Positions 62,003 through 64,000 of a stretch of 64,000 nt of DNA are shown one piece after another. The translations under genes and the position numbers were made by a program. Under the pieces are notes generated by a model, which was not told the origin of the DNA, made no database searches, and saw nothing but the letters and a program-made list of their open reading frames with translations. The first letter of the stretch is position 1; each line of letters begins with the position of its first letter. The stretch covers positions 32,001-96,000 of the forward strand of contig CAVZJB010000003.1 of the NCBI GenBank assembly GCA_963775425.1, written 5' to 3'. The stretch comes from an uncultured delta proteobacterium. Its GTDB lineage: Bacteria; Myxococcota; UBA727; VGSZ01.

Positions 62003-62754
62003 GCGAAGCCCGCAGCGCGCGCCACAGGGGCGCGCCCCACGACGACGAGCGCGCGCCCCACGACGAGCGGGGGAGCGCCCGGCGTCGACGCGGCGGGTCC
62101 GCCGCTGTGCTCGTCCTGCTCGTCCTGCTCGTTGAGGGGGGCTGCGGCGGCATCACCCACGGCGCCGGCGACCGGCCGCCGGGCTTCCGGCTCGTCTCCG
62201 GGACCCTGCAGATCCCCGACGCGTCGTCGCTCGGGCGCCAGACCACCGGCCTGCAGATCGCGGGCATCGCCGTCGGCACGCCCGCGGACACCAAGCGCGT
62301 CGACGCGTTCCCCTCGCCGGTCATCGACGTGTCCCACGTGCAGACCGCGCGCTTGTCCGCGCCCGTCGACGGCAAGCGCAGCTTCGTGGTCGTGCTCCAG
62401 GTGCCGTCCGCGTCGGCGCGCGGCCCCGGCGCGCTCGTCGCCACGCTCGAGTTCGACGGCGAGACGCTCCTGCCGCCCGGCCTCGACGACATCGAGCTCG
62501 GCGTCGTCCACGTCGAGGGCACGAGCCCCGCCGACGCCAAGCTCGTGGTCGGCGACGCCAACGACCCCCTCGCGCAGATCGACACGGACGGTGACGGCAC
62601 CCCCGACAAGGCCGACGACGACGACGACGGCGACGGCGTCCCTGACGCCAGCGACACCGACGCCGGCGGCGACGGCGTCGACGACGCCCTGCAATTGCTC
62701 TCGGCCATCCCCGACGAAGACGGCGACGGCGTCCCCGACCTGCTCCAGCCTTGA
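61999..62754 (+). CDS. Putative lipoprotein with C-terminal DxDxDG Ca-binding repeats
   Basis: ATGA coupling; hydrophobic stretch then GGC; DTDGDG, DDDGDG, DEDGDG. Confidence 0.75.
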   Translation: MSEARSARHRGAPHDDERAPHDERGSARRRRGGSAAVLVLLVLLVEGGCGGITHGAGDRPPGFRLVSGTLQIPDASSLGRQTTGLQIAGIAVGTPADTKRVDAFPSPVIDVSHVQTARLSAPVDGKRSFVVVLQVPSASARGPGALVATLEFDGETLLPPGLDDIELGVVHVEGTSPADAKLVVGDANDPLAQIDTDGDGTPDKADDDDDGDGVPDASDTDAGGDGVDDALQLLSAIPDEDGDGVPDLLQP

Positions 62755-62811
62755 GCGCGCGGCCGGCGGCGCGCACGACACGACGGGCACGGTCGTTGCC
62801 ACTGCGGGGGC

Positions 62812-63750
62812 ATGCGCCTTGTCGTCGCAGCCCTCGCCATCGCCGCCGTCGGGTGTGTTCCCATGCCCGTGCCGGCGGATGAGGTCGGTCCGCCGGGGGC
62901 GTCCGTGGAGACGCCTTCGTTCGATCCCTTCTACGGCCCGCTCGCGCCCTACGGGGATTGGTGGTGGAGCGCACGCTACGGCTGGGTGTTTAGCCCCAGC
63001 GTGCCGGCGGGCTGGCGCCCCTACACCGTCGGCCACTGGCTCCTCAGTGACGAGGGCTGGACCTGGAATTCCGACGAGCCCTTCGGCTGGGCTTGCTTCC
63101 ACTACGGGCGCTGGACGTGGCTCGACGACGCCGGCTGGGCCTGGGTGCCGGGCCGCGTCTGGGCCCCGGCGTGGGTCATCTGGCGCTCCGCGCCGGGCTA
63201 CGTCGGTTGGGGCCCCATCGGCCCCTCCGGCGTCGTCGCCGGCTCGTTTGCGTGGGTCTTCGTCCCCGAGCGCCGCTTCGTCGGCGTGCGCGTCGTCGAC
63301 GACGAAGTGCCCATGGCGCGCAACCCCGACCTGCTGCCGTCGTCGCGCGTGATCCATCGGCCCTCCCGCGAGGCGCTCGAGCGCGAAAGCGGCCGGGGGA
63401 TCCCGGTGCACCGCGTGGCGCGCGACGGCCGCCTGCAGGAGCCCGGCGACGTCGTCATCCGCCGCGCGCCGCGCGTCGAGCCCAGGCACGGCGGTGTCGA
63501 CATCCCGGGGCCGGGCGGCGCCCGCTTCAGCCCGGGCGAGCATGTCGTGCGGCGGCCGCTCTCCGGCCCCTCCGACGACGACATCGACCGGCGTTACGAC
63601 GCCATGCAGCGGCGCGTGCCCGACGGGCGCGACCGCCGAGCGCTCGAGGACAATCGTGCGCGGGAGAAGCGAGCGGCCGAGGGCAGGCGCACCATCCCGC
63701 GCGCCGTCCCTCGCGGCGCTCCGCATGCGAGGCCGAGACACCATCGATGA
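62812..63750 (+). CDS. DUF6600-like Trp-rich lipoprotein
   Basis: AVGC lipobox; LAPYGDW...WRPY..GHW...SDEPFGW..FHYGRW...WAPAWV. Confidence 0.82.
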   Translation: MRLVVAALAIAAVGCVPMPVPADEVGPPGASVETPSFDPFYGPLAPYGDWWWSARYGWVFSPSVPAGWRPYTVGHWLLSDEGWTWNSDEPFGWACFHYGRWTWLDDAGWAWVPGRVWAPAWVIWRSAPGYVGWGPIGPSGVVAGSFAWVFVPERRFVGVRVVDDEVPMARNPDLLPSSRVIHRPSREALERESGRGIPVHRVARDGRLQEPGDVVIRRAPRVEPRHGGVDIPGPGGARFSPGEHVVRRPLSGPSDDDIDRRYDAMQRRVPDGRDRRALEDNRAREKRAAEGRRTIPRAVPRGAPHARPRHHR

Positions 63751-64000
63751 CCTGGCGCCACCTCCCTGCTCACCTGCTCACGGCGGTGCGGGTGCCGCTC
63801 GCCGCGCTCCTGTGGCTGCGGCCCGGCGATCCCGTGTTCTTCCTCGGCGTCCTCGCCGCGGGCGGCGTCAGCGACGTCCTCGACGGGGTGTTCGCCCGCA
63901 TGCTCGACGCCGACCAGCGCGGCGATCCGCGGCACATCGGCTCGTGGCTCGATCCGGTGTGCGACAAGATCTTCGCGCTGTCGTCGATCATCGCCGCCAC
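63747..64000 (+). CDS. CDP-alcohol phosphatidyltransferase, 3'-truncated by window edge (not in ORF track)
   Basis: ATG 63747 overlaps upstream TGA; LTAVR...SDVLDGVFAR...GSWLDPVCDK matches family motif. Confidence 0.85.
   Translation, partial: MTWRHLPAHLLTAVRVPLAALLWLRPGDPVFFLGVLAAGGVSDVLDGVFARMLDADQRGDPRHIGSWLDPVCDKIFALSSIIAA

Overview
Very GC-rich (by eye >70%), gene-dense bacterial chromosome segment. MYXO-CTERM-like tails, an AgmX/PglI C-terminal domain, an SCE4755-type LPMO-like protein, myxobacterial Cys-rich repeats and (Gly-Glu)n linkers point to Myxococcota. No rRNA, tRNA, CRISPR array or transposase was seen. The left half is mixed: PIG-L deacetylase fusion, hpf, heterodimeric ABC exporter, ArsR-SRPBCC, catalase-like protein, HNH nuclease, P-type ATPase, pduO-cobB and several gene relics. 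The right half holds a dispersed alpha-glucan (starch/glycogen) utilisation system: malK, fused malE-malF, malG, a candidate outer-membrane beta-barrel, a glucodextranase DOMON-like protein and a 14.7-kb six-gene ATGA-coupled operon (48032-62754). In that operon a GH13 amylase ending in a dockerin-like module is directly followed by a cohesin-like lipoprotein, two large Ig/CBM-like lipoproteins, a MYXO-CTERM GH13 enzyme and a Ca-binding lipoprotein. This is a candidate Gram-negative surface amylosome with no SusC/D pair visible. Also seen: REP-like palindromes embedded in-frame in protein termini, a perfect in-frame 28-bp inverted repeat pair flanking the first amylase, repeated TANNNT-N6-start (leaderless) promoters and four single-base frameshifts that may be assembly errors. 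All calls come from motif recognition by eye; no searches were run.
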